Below are positions 9,199-19,196 of a stretch of DNA of 64,000 nucleotides, piece by piece (position 1 is the first letter of the stretch; each line of letters begins with the position of its first letter). The DNA lies in IMG/VR virus record IMGVR_UViG_3300033121_001553, positions 96,001 through 160,000 of that record. One strand, written 5' to 3'. The translations under genes were made by a program, and so were the position numbers. This DNA comes from a virus (Duplodnaviria > Caudoviricetes). The notes below the pieces were generated by a model. That model was not told where the DNA came from, made no database searches, and was given only the letters and a program-made list of their open reading frames with translations.

Positions 9199-11295
9199 TC
9201 ACTCGTCTGTAGCATCAACGTTTACGTCTTCAGACAGAAGAACATTTTCAGCGCTTGCATCAGCTGTTTCTATCTGCCAGTTATGACGCTCACAAAACTT
9301 TTGTAGCATCTTATACATATCGCTTCCAAACGCAGGCTTGTAATATCCCTCTGCAAGTGGTTTCTTATCAACACCTGCAGTCGAAAGACTATTGAGCCAT
9401 TTGATATCCGATGGATCATCTTCTGTTGCTGTTTTAACAGTTGGCGTTGGAGTTGTTATCTTTTTCTTGTACCGACGTCTTCTTATTGCATTTCCGCGCC
9501 ATTTTCTTTCAGCTTTTGACTGTGCTTCTGAGAATCTTCTTATTTTGCTTGACGCAGATATCGGTCTATCGAGTTCCTTAAGCTGAAATTGTGGTGGTGC
9601 GAAGTCATCAGCGTCAGTGAGTATATTTTCTTCGTCTTCATCATCTTCAACGCTTGCATTAACTTCTCCGCCTGGTTCTCCACCTGCGGGTGGCGCTCCA
9701 CCGCCACCCTCACCGCCAGCTGGTGGAGCGCCACCGCCAAGATCTCCGCCGCCAAGCCCACCTAGCTCTTCACCGCCACCGCCTCCCGTAGGATTCGTAA
9801 AGTCGAATCCACCACCGCCACCTCCGCCGCCGCCGCCCATACCGCCGTCAGCTGTTTCAAGTCCAACGCCGATTTTTTCAAGTTCTGCATCTCGTGCACG
9901 ATCTTTCTTTCTACCCTCTTCTATGGCTGCTATCTGATCTTCTGTTAGCGAAAGTATATTTGTTCTTACAAAGTCACGATCAAGCATGCCTTCTGGTGGG
10001 CTACCAGCTATCTCAAACTTTGCGCGCCATAGCTCAAGCTTCTGCTGCTCAGCAACTGTTGATGGATTCGACAAACGAAGAGCAAAGTTGATCAGATCTT
10101 CGCCAGAAAATCCATGCACGAATAGATGCATAATCGCAAGCTTGTTGAGCTCTGATAGTATCGTCTTCTGTATAACGTTTATTGTACGAGCAAATCTAAT
10201 GTCGACTTGCGCAAGCGTTGACTTGCTTCCAAGTAGCTCTTCGTATCCCAAGTAAGCGCTTGGTACACCCAACGCTGTTACAAGTTTTCTTCTTATGTAT
10301 TGAACGTCTTCGACGGCAGCGACATTTTGACCACCAGCAAGCGTGTCTATCTTCGTTGCAGACGTCGAACCTCTAACGGGCATGATGTAGTCTTCTTCTA
10401 CGCTCATAGCTCCATAACGCAAGTCGACTCTACCAGTCGCTCTATCAACGACAGATGCCGTACGAAAATTGTTCTTTACGCTTTCAATGTGTGCTGGTAT
10501 AGCTTCGTTTGGCATATTACCAACGTCGATGTAGATCACACGACGCTCGGGCGCTCGTACGATACGATAGACAAGCATCGCGTCTTCGATCAGTATGAGC
10601 TGTCTCCACACTCTTCTTGCTCCGTCTAGAACTGATGAACCGTACGGCAAGTAGTTATCATTTCCGAGCAGACGCATGTGAACAATCTCCCAGTTTTCTA
10701 GCACACGTGCACCAAGCGTATTCCATCTGAACCTGACGGCTGCTGGATCTGCTGGATCGAAATTTTCTTCGCGATCGATTTCATTAACTGGTATCGGTAT
10801 CAGGCCTTGCACACCGTACTCTGGTGATACGTCTACATACGCAAACCAGTCACCGTTCTTGCACAAGTTACGTGCCCAAGGCCTCATGTTGAACTCAACG
10901 TTCAATACGTTGTAAAAAAGATCTTCCAAGATCTCTTGTATCTTCGGATTATCGCTATAGATGTGAAATGATCGTCCTTTATCGTCCTGAGCGCATGACT
11001 CATCTGCGTACAAGTTAAGCGCTGTAGCGATCTCAGGCATCTGCTCCATCTCGATAAAGTCTTGGAATCTCATCAGTCGTTCTGATGAGTTGAACGAGTT
11101 GGCTGTTAGCGCAGTGTATGTTGGTGATATTGTTTTTGAAAACAACTGTGCTGCAGATGAATACACAGAATTGCCAGACGCTACAACCGTGTCTTGTGAC
11201 TTTACTTTTCTTCTTACGACAGGCCCGCTCTTAAAAAGACGTGTGAGTTTTTTGAAGAAACTGTCGTACTGATTATCCTGTGTTGCCATCAGCAT
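9199..11295 (-). CDS. gp20: Portal vertex protein (T4 gp20-like) with Gly-rich C-terminal tail
   Basis: PEIATALNLYADE, LIEDAMLVYRIVRAPERRVIYIDVGNMP, EEDYIMPVRG, IDTLAGG, DIRFARTI. Confidence 0.93.
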   Translation of the reverse strand: MLMATQDNQYDSFFKKLTRLFKSGPVVRRKVKSQDTVVASGNSVYSSAAQLFSKTISPTYTALTANSFNSSERLMRFQDFIEMEQMPEIATALNLYADESCAQDDKGRSFHIYSDNPKIQEILEDLFYNVLNVEFNMRPWARNLCKNGDWFAYVDVSPEYGVQGLIPIPVNEIDREENFDPADPAAVRFRWNTLGARVLENWEIVHMRLLGNDNYLPYGSSVLDGARRVWRQLILIEDAMLVYRIVRAPERRVIYIDVGNMPNEAIPAHIESVKNNFRTASVVDRATGRVDLRYGAMSVEEDYIMPVRGSTSATKIDTLAGGQNVAAVEDVQYIRRKLVTALGVPSAYLGYEELLGSKSTLAQVDIRFARTINVIQKTILSELNKLAIMHLFVHGFSGEDLINFALRLSNPSTVAEQQKLELWRAKFEIAGSPPEGMLDRDFVRTNILSLTEDQIAAIEEGRKKDRARDAELEKIGVGLETADGGMGGGGGGGGGGFDFTNPTGGGGGEELGGLGGGDLGGGAPPAGGEGGGGAPPAGGEPGGEVNASVEDDEDEENILTDADDFAPPQFQLKELDRPISASSKIRRFSEAQSKAERKWRGNAIRRRRYKKKITTPTPTVKTATEDDPSDIKWLNSLSTAGVDKKPLAEGYYKPAFGSDMYKMLQKFCERHNWQIETADASAENVLLSEDVNVDATDE

Positions 11296-11304
11296 TAAAA
11301 TAAA

Positions 11305-11333
11305 CGAAAGGGACGAATGTTTCGTCCCTTTCG
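11305..11333. terminator. Hairpin terminator
   Basis: CGAAAGGGACGAA-TGT-TTCGTCCCTTTCG, 13-bp stem. Confidence 0.75.
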
Positions 11334-11359
11334 CGTTTTAGCTGACTGAATGTTACAAT

Positions 11360-11767
11360 TTAAAAATTGATTATGCGTCGTTTTTTACTAATTGAACTGC
11401 TACTGCCGTAGTCTGATGAACGCACTCTATCACGTGGTATTTTTAGTTGTGAGTCTAGCTCACCCTCTGGTCTACCAAGATACTTTTTTGGATTTTCATT
11501 CATATCTTTTAGCTGTTCTGCGCATTCACTTATTTTTTTTGACATCTCATCAATGAAGCTATTCACACGTGGAGAATCTTTGAACTTATCGCTTTCTTTG
11601 ATCTTTTGAACTATCGTAGACAGCGCGCCGATCTTGTTAAGCAAGTCACTTGAAAGTTTTGTAATGTCAGAAATCTTACGATGCTTTTCTTCTTCGCCCT
11701 CTGCAAGAACATTATCGATAAGCTTCTTTATCTCATTTACGTTTATGACGTTTGTCTTCTTGTCCAT
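11360..11767 (-). CDS. Hypothetical protein
   Basis: AGGTGAG SD, ATATTTA upstream motif, 135-aa ORF. Confidence 0.65.
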   Translation of the reverse strand: MDKKTNVINVNEIKKLIDNVLAEGEEEKHRKISDITKLSSDLLNKIGALSTIVQKIKESDKFKDSPRVNSFIDEMSKKISECAEQLKDMNENPKKYLGRPEGELDSQLKIPRDRVRSSDYGSSSSISKKRRIINF

Positions 11768-11785
11768 GTCAGCTCACCTTAAATA

Positions 11786-13381
11786 TCATCTCAATAGCAA
11801 CCACGAGAAATTTGGATCCATTATCGCTTTCGATGTTCGAAGCAGCATTTCTCTTCTACGCGCAAGCACTGGATCATCTACTGACTTTAGTCTGTATCCA
11901 ACGACCATTTCGTCTACAGAAGGCAACGTTTTACGTTCGCATCTCAGCAGCTTGTTGAGTTCGTAGTCTTCTGGCTTTTTCTCATACGACATAAGATTTA
12001 GCTCGTAATACACATACGACATAACTGCCAAAGACATCACAAGATCGTCTGTAAATCCTTTAAGCGCTAGAGCTTTCTGACCTTGCCATACAAAACTTCG
12101 TATTTCATGCAAAAATCTTGATGAACGTATAATCATACGTTTCGTTCTTAGCAACTCTTCGAGACGCGTTAGCATGATAACACGTGTTTTTGCAGATGTT
12201 GTTAGACCCGGCAGCGCTTCGTACTCTGTAACATCAACATCAGACAACGATGCAACGCCAACGTCTTCGTACCACAAAGCCGGATATTTCATATCACGTA
12301 GTTTAATACACGTTGTGTAACCAAATCCGTTGTTTTCTGGTGCAACTACGGCATTGTTATACTTTTTGCCAGTGTCTGCTATCATATCTGCAAGAATGTC
12401 TGGCGTTACCTTTCCCATGAATTCGACTACAACTTCGCCTGTTCGTTGATTCATGACGTGAAATGTTGAAAAGTCACCTGCATCGCCTCTCGAAACATCT
12501 GCACTAAGCATGTACTGCTCATTTTCCGACGGTTCTTCCCAAATCCATACGCTAGAGTCAGGTCCTGTTTTTCTAAGTGGCTCTGAGATACAGCTAGTGA
12601 TAAATGAGATTGTGTCATATTGAAGGTATGTCTCACCGCTTGATATGAAGTCGCACATTAGCTCTTGCGCTATTTGACGCTTCGTCATATTTCTGGTTTC
12701 ATTTTCAAACCATGCAAGATCATGTTCAGGATGCACGTCCCACTTGAGCTCTATCGCGTTGAACTCATTCGACTTCGCAAGCGCTCCTGCGTACAGGTCG
12801 TAGTACTGCCCTCCAACACCGTTTGGAGTCGAAATTAGAATTGCTTCACCACCGGTAGACAACGTTGGATAAAGACCAGTCCAAAGAACATCAAAGTCTC
12901 TAATGTGCGCTGCTTCATCAACTATCAGCAGAGAAAGCGCCTCAGAACGTCCAGCGTCTTCAGACGTCGGTACAGCATGAACCTTGCTGCCGTTGTCGAA
13001 TGTTATAGTCTGCTTTGTAATGTTTGCTTTCGTTATCTTTATCCAGTCGGGTAGATTATCGTACATAACCTTTACCTTCTTGATAAAGTTGATCGCAGTC
13101 GGGAGCTTAGTTGCAATGATCAGTATGTTTTTATCACGTCTAAAAATCGCTAGCCACAAAGCATAAGCAGCTGTGACCGTAGAAAGTCCCAGCTGCCTTG
13201 CTTTCGCTATGATGTTGAAACGATGTTTTCTAAACGATTCAATTACGTCATTTTGAAATTTATACGTTTTGAAATTCAACAATCCACGCTTTGGGTGCTG
13301 AATTTTGCAATACGAATTCATAAAGTACGTTGGATCTTTTCCACAACGTACTATCTCTCTATAAATTTTTTCTTTATCCAT
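11786..13381 (-). CDS. gp17: Terminase large subunit (T4 gp17-like)
   Basis: KARQLGLST Walker A, LLIVDEAAHI Walker B, ISTPNG motif III, nuclease ADVSRGDAGDFS and DDLVMSLA. Confidence 0.95.
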   Translation of the reverse strand: MDKEKIYREIVRCGKDPTYFMNSYCKIQHPKRGLLNFKTYKFQNDVIESFRKHRFNIIAKARQLGLSTVTAAYALWLAIFRRDKNILIIATKLPTAINFIKKVKVMYDNLPDWIKITKANITKQTITFDNGSKVHAVPTSEDAGRSEALSLLIVDEAAHIRDFDVLWTGLYPTLSTGGEAILISTPNGVGGQYYDLYAGALAKSNEFNAIELKWDVHPEHDLAWFENETRNMTKRQIAQELMCDFISSGETYLQYDTISFITSCISEPLRKTGPDSSVWIWEEPSENEQYMLSADVSRGDAGDFSTFHVMNQRTGEVVVEFMGKVTPDILADMIADTGKKYNNAVVAPENNGFGYTTCIKLRDMKYPALWYEDVGVASLSDVDVTEYEALPGLTTSAKTRVIMLTRLEELLRTKRMIIRSSRFLHEIRSFVWQGQKALALKGFTDDLVMSLAVMSYVYYELNLMSYEKKPEDYELNKLLRCERKTLPSVDEMVVGYRLKSVDDPVLARRREMLLRTSKAIMDPNFSWLLLR

Positions 13382-13420
13382 GCTTAATAATATATGTTAA
13401 GCATAGACAAAAATTTATGA

Positions 13421-13864
13421 TAACGTAAAATCATACGTTGCTGTACGAATCACATACGCAATTCTGCGTGGATTATGTTGCATCGCAGAAATCGTTTGCA
13501 GAGTATCCTCAGCGCCAACAAACTTGATCTTCAAGTCTTCATCGGCTATCTTCTTGTACTCACGTTTGATTCGTGCTACCTCTGAGTCTATAACGCTATC
13601 AGCTTCATGTATTGCACGCTCTTTAAGCATGTAGCGTTCATTTACGCTGCTGTAATTAACGACTGCAGTGTATGTAATAACAAGTCTTTCACCGACTATT
13701 TTTGACTTCACGGATGGACCGACAAGATTAGCAGACGTTGACGGTCTTGTGAAAGTTGTGTCGATTACTTGTCCAAGCGCATACACATCGTATCCAGCGT
13801 TAGCGCGTACTGTAGCTTTTTTCTTATCAGGCATGTCAATATGTATCTCCAAATGATGCGCCAC
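13421..13864 (-). CDS. Hypothetical protein, TTA stop
   Basis: Fills operon gap; ends ATYDFT-TTA-TCA-TAA. Confidence 0.65.
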
Positions 13865-14087
13865 CGTTCATTTTACAACGATAACATACGCTGTACTCTT
13901 CGTATGTATCATAGTCTTCCCTACTAAGCATAATTTTTTTACAGCTTGGGCAATCAAGTGGTACTTCGCATGTGTTCTTAAGATCATCAATAACACAGTG
14001 AATACCCTTGTATTTCGTTACTAGCTTACCATCGTAACGATTTTTCCACGTTGCGTTTCTCAGACAACGCTTTGTTTCATTTATCAT
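13836..14087 (-). CDS. Small Zn-ribbon protein
   Basis: CPSC...CYRC; likely ATG at 14087 just after the Mre11-Rad50 stop. Confidence 0.6.
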   Translation of the reverse strand: MINETKRCLRNATWKNRYDGKLVTKYKGIHCVIDDLKNTCEVPLDCPSCKKIMLSREDYDTYEEYSVCYRCKMNGGASFGDTY

Positions 14088-14088
14088 C

Positions 14089-17000
14089 TCATGAAAATTG
14101 AACGTAGGAGTTGTTTTGTTCATCTTTAACCACCTCTATCTGCTGATCTGCAATATCTTTGATCGCATCAACATGACTTATTACGAGAATAAATCTAAAG
14201 CTGTTTCTCAGCGAAGACAGCAAACTACATATTGACGGTAGCTGAATCTCGTCTAGTGTACCGAAACCTTCGTCTATGATGAAAAAGTCTGGTTTCGGTA
14301 GCACAGAAACTTTATGCAACGCTACTCTTATCGCTATCGATGCTATCGTTTTTTCCATGCCACTGCATAGTTCGATAATGCGTTTTGAGTCATTGTAGTT
14401 GATGAACACTTCAAGACTCGTTGAAGCTTCGTCTTCAAACTCAAGCTCGATCGTAAAGTCAACGTTACCTGCAAGAATTCCAGCAATTTGTCGATTGATG
14501 TAATGCAGCTTCGAACGCATCAAATACGCAGGCAAACCCTTTTTCGAGAATGCTTGCATCAGAAATTCAACAGCTCCGATACGCTTTGAAACATCAAGCT
14601 CAGATATAAGTTTGTCGTTGCTATCTCTTAGCGTATTCTCATCTTTAGCTTTACGCTGTATGATTTGAACAAGTCGCTTTTGAAGCAATTCAACTTTGCT
14701 TTTTTCTGCTTCAAGCTCATTTTTTAGCTTTAGTGCCGCTTCATCATCTTTGCTATGCTCATCATCGACGCTCAGCACTGCTAGTTGCTTTGTAATTTCA
14801 ACTATCTTCTCATTTAGAGAATCGATCTTTGATGCATGTCTTACAACATTTTCTGCGCTCTTCGATAGCTGCACATTTGCTGATGCTATACCTCTTGTAA
14901 GCTCATCTCTTTTCTTGATTTTTTTCGATATTTCTGACTCTTTTTCATCTGAGCACATTGCGGCTGTCGTTTCTATGACAGTCTGCAATTTTTCTATTTT
15001 TGCTGCAAGCTCTGTTAGCTGCATCGAATCTTCAGCAGCGTCCTTTATGTACATGCAGCTTGGGAACGTTCCGCCGCAAGGAACATCTGATAGCTTCAAA
15101 GCATTTTTTTTCTTTGATGAATACGATGCTTCAGTAACACGCTTCTCTGACTTCAAATTCGCCAGTTCATTAGAAAAAATCTTTAGCTGCTTTAGTTCGT
15201 CTGTAAGGGTATCAATGTTGTGCTTATCAACAACACTCTGAGCAACTTCTATTTTTTTCTTTAGTTCATCGCGTACTGCAGTTTCAGCCGTAAGCTGTTC
15301 TTGCACTTCTGCCAGTTGACGCTTTGCTGTTTCAAGTTGCGCTGTTAGACGTTTTCTTTCTAGTATTGTCTGAGCTGTATTCGATACGCCTGCGTATGCT
15401 ATGCTTAGTCGTAGAACATCATCCTCAGCAGATTTCTTTTGCGATTCGCATTCTTCGATTTCTCTGTTAGCGTCGTTTAGTCTATGCTCAAGTGCTGTTA
15501 TTTGTTTCTTTAGCTCATCGATAGAAATACCACCCGACTTTGCTTTGAGCAGTTGTAGCTCTGACTTCATCGTTGCGTGATACGTTTCAAATATGTTGAG
15601 TCCTAGACAACGCGTTACTATCGCTTTGCGCGCTGCTGAACCTACATTTATGAAATTCAGCATGTCGCCTTGGGCTGACAACGCTGTTAGCGCAAAGTCT
15701 TCTCCTGTGCCGATGAACGTTCTAAGCGTACGATCTGTGTCAGATCTCTGCTCAGCAGAAAGTGATACAAGCTCATCGTTAACGTAGCTGTACAATTCAA
15801 GAGTCGTTGGAGCTCCAACAACACCTCGCTTTTGATTCTCAATCTTGCGTGTTTTTCTTTGAAGCGCGTAAACACCATTCGAGCATGTAACAATCGCGCT
15901 TGCACCGCATTCTTGCTTGTTGACGTTAATGTAGCTAATGTTCTTCAGAGAACCACGATCAGACGAGTTATATAGCGCGTACGTTATTGCACCAACGATA
16001 GACGACTTACCAATCCTGTTTCGTCCAAAAACGCCGACTATACCGTTTAGCTTGTTGAAGTCTATTTTGTTATCTCCGCCGTAACAAAACAAATTATCAA
16101 ATTCAAGCTTGTTTATCGTCCAATTTCCGGTGTTTATTTCAACGTTGTTAGTTTGATCAATACAATTTTTGAGTTCATGCGTAATAAGATCACGATCAAA
16201 TTTTGAGTACGACTTTTCATCGTAGTTTCGCAAAAGCTCATGTAGATCGTTAACAGATCTAATGTTTGTTTGCTTATCACCACCGTCAGAACTCAGTTCT
16301 ACTTTCTTGATCTCATCTTGAGATTCATCTTCTATCTTGAATGCAACTTCAAGTCCACCGTAACGTTTTAGCTGATTCGTAATCGTCTGAATTGCCGACT
16401 GTGTCGGTCGTGACGAGCAAAGAACTCTAAATCTAGACTTCGCGGGATACTTTTTGTAGTCTGACAGACCATTCACATCATCCCAATAGAGCGTAACAAA
16501 TGGATTGATAGTCGCAATTTCAACAAATTTCGCTGAAAAGTTTTTCTTTCCTACAATATCCCAGACGTAATATCCGTGCTCATTGATCGATTCACCATGA
16601 TTCTGCTGAATAAACGAGCCTGGATACGCTATCCGTGGTGTAACGACGCCATCTTGAATCGCTACATAGTCAAGACATTGACGCTTGTGAATGTCACCGA
16701 GAAGCGCAATATCGTAGTCATTAAAATAGTCTGTTGTAACATGCCCGTCAACAGCCCATCCAACGTCTGTCTTTGATCCATCAACTGGACCGTGATAGCA
16801 CCCTATCGTAAAACAGTTTGTTTGATCAAACGGCGCTTTATGAGTGTTCCAGCTATCTTGATCAAACAAACTGTAGATGTAAAGCCAAATACCATCGTGG
16901 CTTGCAAACTTATTATCGCCAGTCAGTTTATACCAACCAGACTTTTTGTAGAGACATATTCTAGGATTGTTCAGAGCCTCTACAATTGGTGATATCGCAT

Positions 17001-17286
17001 CCATACGTGTTAGATTCACGATATTACCATCGTGATTTCCGAGCATCATATGAACGGGCGCGACATCAGCCAGCTTCGTTAGCCATGTATTCATTACGCT
17101 AACGAATTCAGGACTTATTCCAGCTGTCTTAGTATGAAAGATATCTCCAGCAATAAAGATGTAATCTACAAGATGATCTTTTGCTGACTTGTAGAATTTT
17201 TCAAACGTTTCTAGGTACTCTTCATGACGAGAAAGTCCACGCCAATGAATATCAGCAAGATGCGCGATTCTAATATTTGATTTCAT
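14089..17286 (-). CDS. Fused Mre11/SbcD nuclease - Rad50/SbcC ATPase (gp47-gp46-like)
   Basis: HLADIH, AGDIFH, GNHD, GDIH phosphoesterase motifs; GRNRIGKSS Walker A; coiled coil with PCGGTFPSC hook; CSGME signature; IIDEGFGTLD Walker B; ISH. Confidence 0.9.
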   Translation of the reverse strand: MKSNIRIAHLADIHWRGLSRHEEYLETFEKFYKSAKDHLVDYIFIAGDIFHTKTAGISPEFVSVMNTWLTKLADVAPVHMMLGNHDGNIVNLTRMDAISPIVEALNNPRICLYKKSGWYKLTGDNKFASHDGIWLYIYSLFDQDSWNTHKAPFDQTNCFTIGCYHGPVDGSKTDVGWAVDGHVTTDYFNDYDIALLGDIHKRQCLDYVAIQDGVVTPRIAYPGSFIQQNHGESINEHGYYVWDIVGKKNFSAKFVEIATINPFVTLYWDDVNGLSDYKKYPAKSRFRVLCSSRPTQSAIQTITNQLKRYGGLEVAFKIEDESQDEIKKVELSSDGGDKQTNIRSVNDLHELLRNYDEKSYSKFDRDLITHELKNCIDQTNNVEINTGNWTINKLEFDNLFCYGGDNKIDFNKLNGIVGVFGRNRIGKSSIVGAITYALYNSSDRGSLKNISYINVNKQECGASAIVTCSNGVYALQRKTRKIENQKRGVVGAPTTLELYSYVNDELVSLSAEQRSDTDRTLRTFIGTGEDFALTALSAQGDMLNFINVGSAARKAIVTRCLGLNIFETYHATMKSELQLLKAKSGGISIDELKKQITALEHRLNDANREIEECESQKKSAEDDVLRLSIAYAGVSNTAQTILERKRLTAQLETAKRQLAEVQEQLTAETAVRDELKKKIEVAQSVVDKHNIDTLTDELKQLKIFSNELANLKSEKRVTEASYSSKKKNALKLSDVPCGGTFPSCMYIKDAAEDSMQLTELAAKIEKLQTVIETTAAMCSDEKESEISKKIKKRDELTRGIASANVQLSKSAENVVRHASKIDSLNEKIVEITKQLAVLSVDDEHSKDDEAALKLKNELEAEKSKVELLQKRLVQIIQRKAKDENTLRDSNDKLISELDVSKRIGAVEFLMQAFSKKGLPAYLMRSKLHYINRQIAGILAGNVDFTIELEFEDEASTSLEVFINYNDSKRIIELCSGMEKTIASIAIRVALHKVSVLPKPDFFIIDEGFGTLDEIQLPSICSLLSSLRNSFRFILVISHVDAIKDIADQQIEVVKDEQNNSYVQFS

Positions 17287-18218
17287 CACTTTAGCAGTTT
17301 ATTCAAGAATTGAGACTTCCAAACGTAAGGCTTCGCTTTTGCAATTGCAGCATGCAATGCAAAACGTTCGGTGTCGCCCGGATCTTTTTTTAGCGTTGCG
17401 TATCTTACGTTTACACCGTAGTCAACAAGTTCAGCGCAAATTTTATTACTTTTCTCAGCAGCATCTGGATCTAGACAGACACAGACAGGTGTATTATTTT
17501 CAACTATTTTGCAGAACAAAGCGTAAGTGTAGTCAAGCTCTGATCCAAGCAGACACGTAGCATTCAACGAACCAACACGCATAAGATCAAACGGTCCTTC
17601 AACGAGAATAAGTTCAATATTCCAGTCAATGTTCAATTCGTTGAATATGATTTCTGTCTTTTTTATGTTGCTATTAACATATTTGTTTTGAATTTTTTGT
17701 TGTCCATAATATCTTCCAACGTAATAGTTCAACTCTCCATTTGCGTCATACGATGGAAAACAAACGTAGTCACGATGCTCTGGACACACAAATAGTTTGT
17801 ACCTGTAAGCGTCATTGATCGTGTATTTTCTTTTAACGATGTAGTCGTACGCTTTGTTTGCTTCATTACTTGCAAGTTTATACACAAGCTCAGAATGATT
17901 TGGCATGTACACAGCTGCATCATTTGCATGTGTACTTGTTCGAAACTCATCGCTTGTGTAGTACCCTGCACTAAAATTTGTGTTGTATTCATGGACCGCT
18001 TGCTTACCAAAGCATTTGTAAAGAAGCGGTCCAAGACTACGTGATCCCCATCCACAGATCCAACAATGCGTTTTATCGTTATCGAGTCTGATCGATAGCT
18101 TCTTTTTATTTGTACCGCATATCGGACATGCTACAACTACGTTAACATGATTCCTCGAGAATTCGATCGAGCCAAAATACTTTTTGATAAAGTTGATTTT
18201 GTCGTCTACTGTAGGCAA
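17286..18218 (-). CDS. DNA primase (Zn finger + TOPRIM)
   Basis: CPIC...HCWIC; LVEGPFD; CLDPDA; KDPGD. Start placed at TTG 18218 because TTA TTA lies at codons 9-10 of the track ORF. Confidence 0.85.
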   Translation of the reverse strand: MPTVDDKINFIKKYFGSIEFSRNHVNVVVACPICGTNKKKLSIRLDNDKTHCWICGWGSRSLGPLLYKCFGKQAVHEYNTNFSAGYYTSDEFRTSTHANDAAVYMPNHSELVYKLASNEANKAYDYIVKRKYTINDAYRYKLFVCPEHRDYVCFPSYDANGELNYYVGRYYGQQKIQNKYVNSNIKKTEIIFNELNIDWNIELILVEGPFDLMRVGSLNATCLLGSELDYTYALFCKIVENNTPVCVCLDPDAAEKSNKICAELVDYGVNVRYATLKKDPGDTERFALHAAIAKAKPYVWKSQFLNKLLK

Positions 18219-18247
18219 ATGTAATAATACATTAATCAATTTTTTCA

Positions 18248-18820
18248 TCACTTACAATATGTTTTTTTAGCAACAGCAGCCATTACAACAGCGTCTGACT
18301 CATCATAAGCCCACGAATATGGTTTTTCTGTCTTCTTATTTATCCAGTCATCGACTTTGCTGGGATAGCGTTTCAAGTTATCGTCGAATACGTCTTGTTT
18401 CTTATTCTTTGATCCTTTAATATTTGGATAACCACATTTTTTTCTGCCATGCGACACTGACACATGACAAAACTTGTAGTCGTATGATGAGTGCACCTCT
18501 GTAAACAGCTTATGCAGACCGTACGTTATCATACCATTGAAAAACTGCAGCTTGGATATTGTACCTGCCGATGTTCTACCTTGCGCGTACGCTTTTGCTG
18601 GTTCTTCAATGCACAATGATAGTTTTAGCCTACGCGTTGATAGATTCATCAGTGAAAGCATGAACTCTGCAATGACACGATCAGCAAAATTTACAAGTTC
18701 CTCATCTTTACTTCTGCTCACGTGAGTTGTCACAAGCTTATCATCGCAAAAGAAAGCAATGCCAACTGTCGTTGTTGATATGTCAAACCCGGCGTAAACC
18801 GTCGCGTATTCCGCATTCAT
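18248..18820 (-). CDS. RuvC-like Holliday junction resolvase
   Basis: GFDISTTTVG, CIEEP, YDESDAVVMA acidic catalytic pattern. Confidence 0.75.
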   Translation of the reverse strand: MNAEYATVYAGFDISTTTVGIAFFCDDKLVTTHVSRSKDEELVNFADRVIAEFMLSLMNLSTRRLKLSLCIEEPAKAYAQGRTSAGTISKLQFFNGMITYGLHKLFTEVHSSYDYKFCHVSVSHGRKKCGYPNIKGSKNKKQDVFDDNLKRYPSKVDDWINKKTEKPYSWAYDESDAVVMAAVAKKTYCK

Positions 18821-19196
18821 TCTTCGCGATCATACCATCTGTCGCAAAAATGTACACTGCATTGTTCCAACGACACCAAGCTTCTGCGAACTTTGACTTT
18901 TTGATAACACCAACTTTTTTCAATCTTGAAGTTGGTTTAATTTCAACAATGTAAAGTTTACCTGCTTTCGTTAGAACAGCAACGTCTGGCCAGTACACTC
19001 TAGTTCTTTTACCTACTCTGTACGGTATACCAAACGGTTCGTAAACGTACGCTGCGATACAGTCATTTGAGTCAAGTAGCTGCATGTAATCGTATTCTAG
19101 CTTAGAACGTGTTAGACACTCAAATCCAACAAGCTTCCTTGACACATGCTTACATCTTTTTGGCGTTCTATTGCTTTTTTTTCTCTTTGCTGCCAT
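18795..19196 (-). CDS. TnsA-like endonuclease / head-completion nuclease (gp4-like), TTA stop
   Basis: RSKLE, YEPFGIPY, YWPD, VEIKP motifs; starts at TTATG coupling. Confidence 0.75.

Noticed and set aside
9660-9850. CCG/CCA-rich low-complexity tract as a repeat element
   Set aside because: Encodes the Gly-rich portal tail
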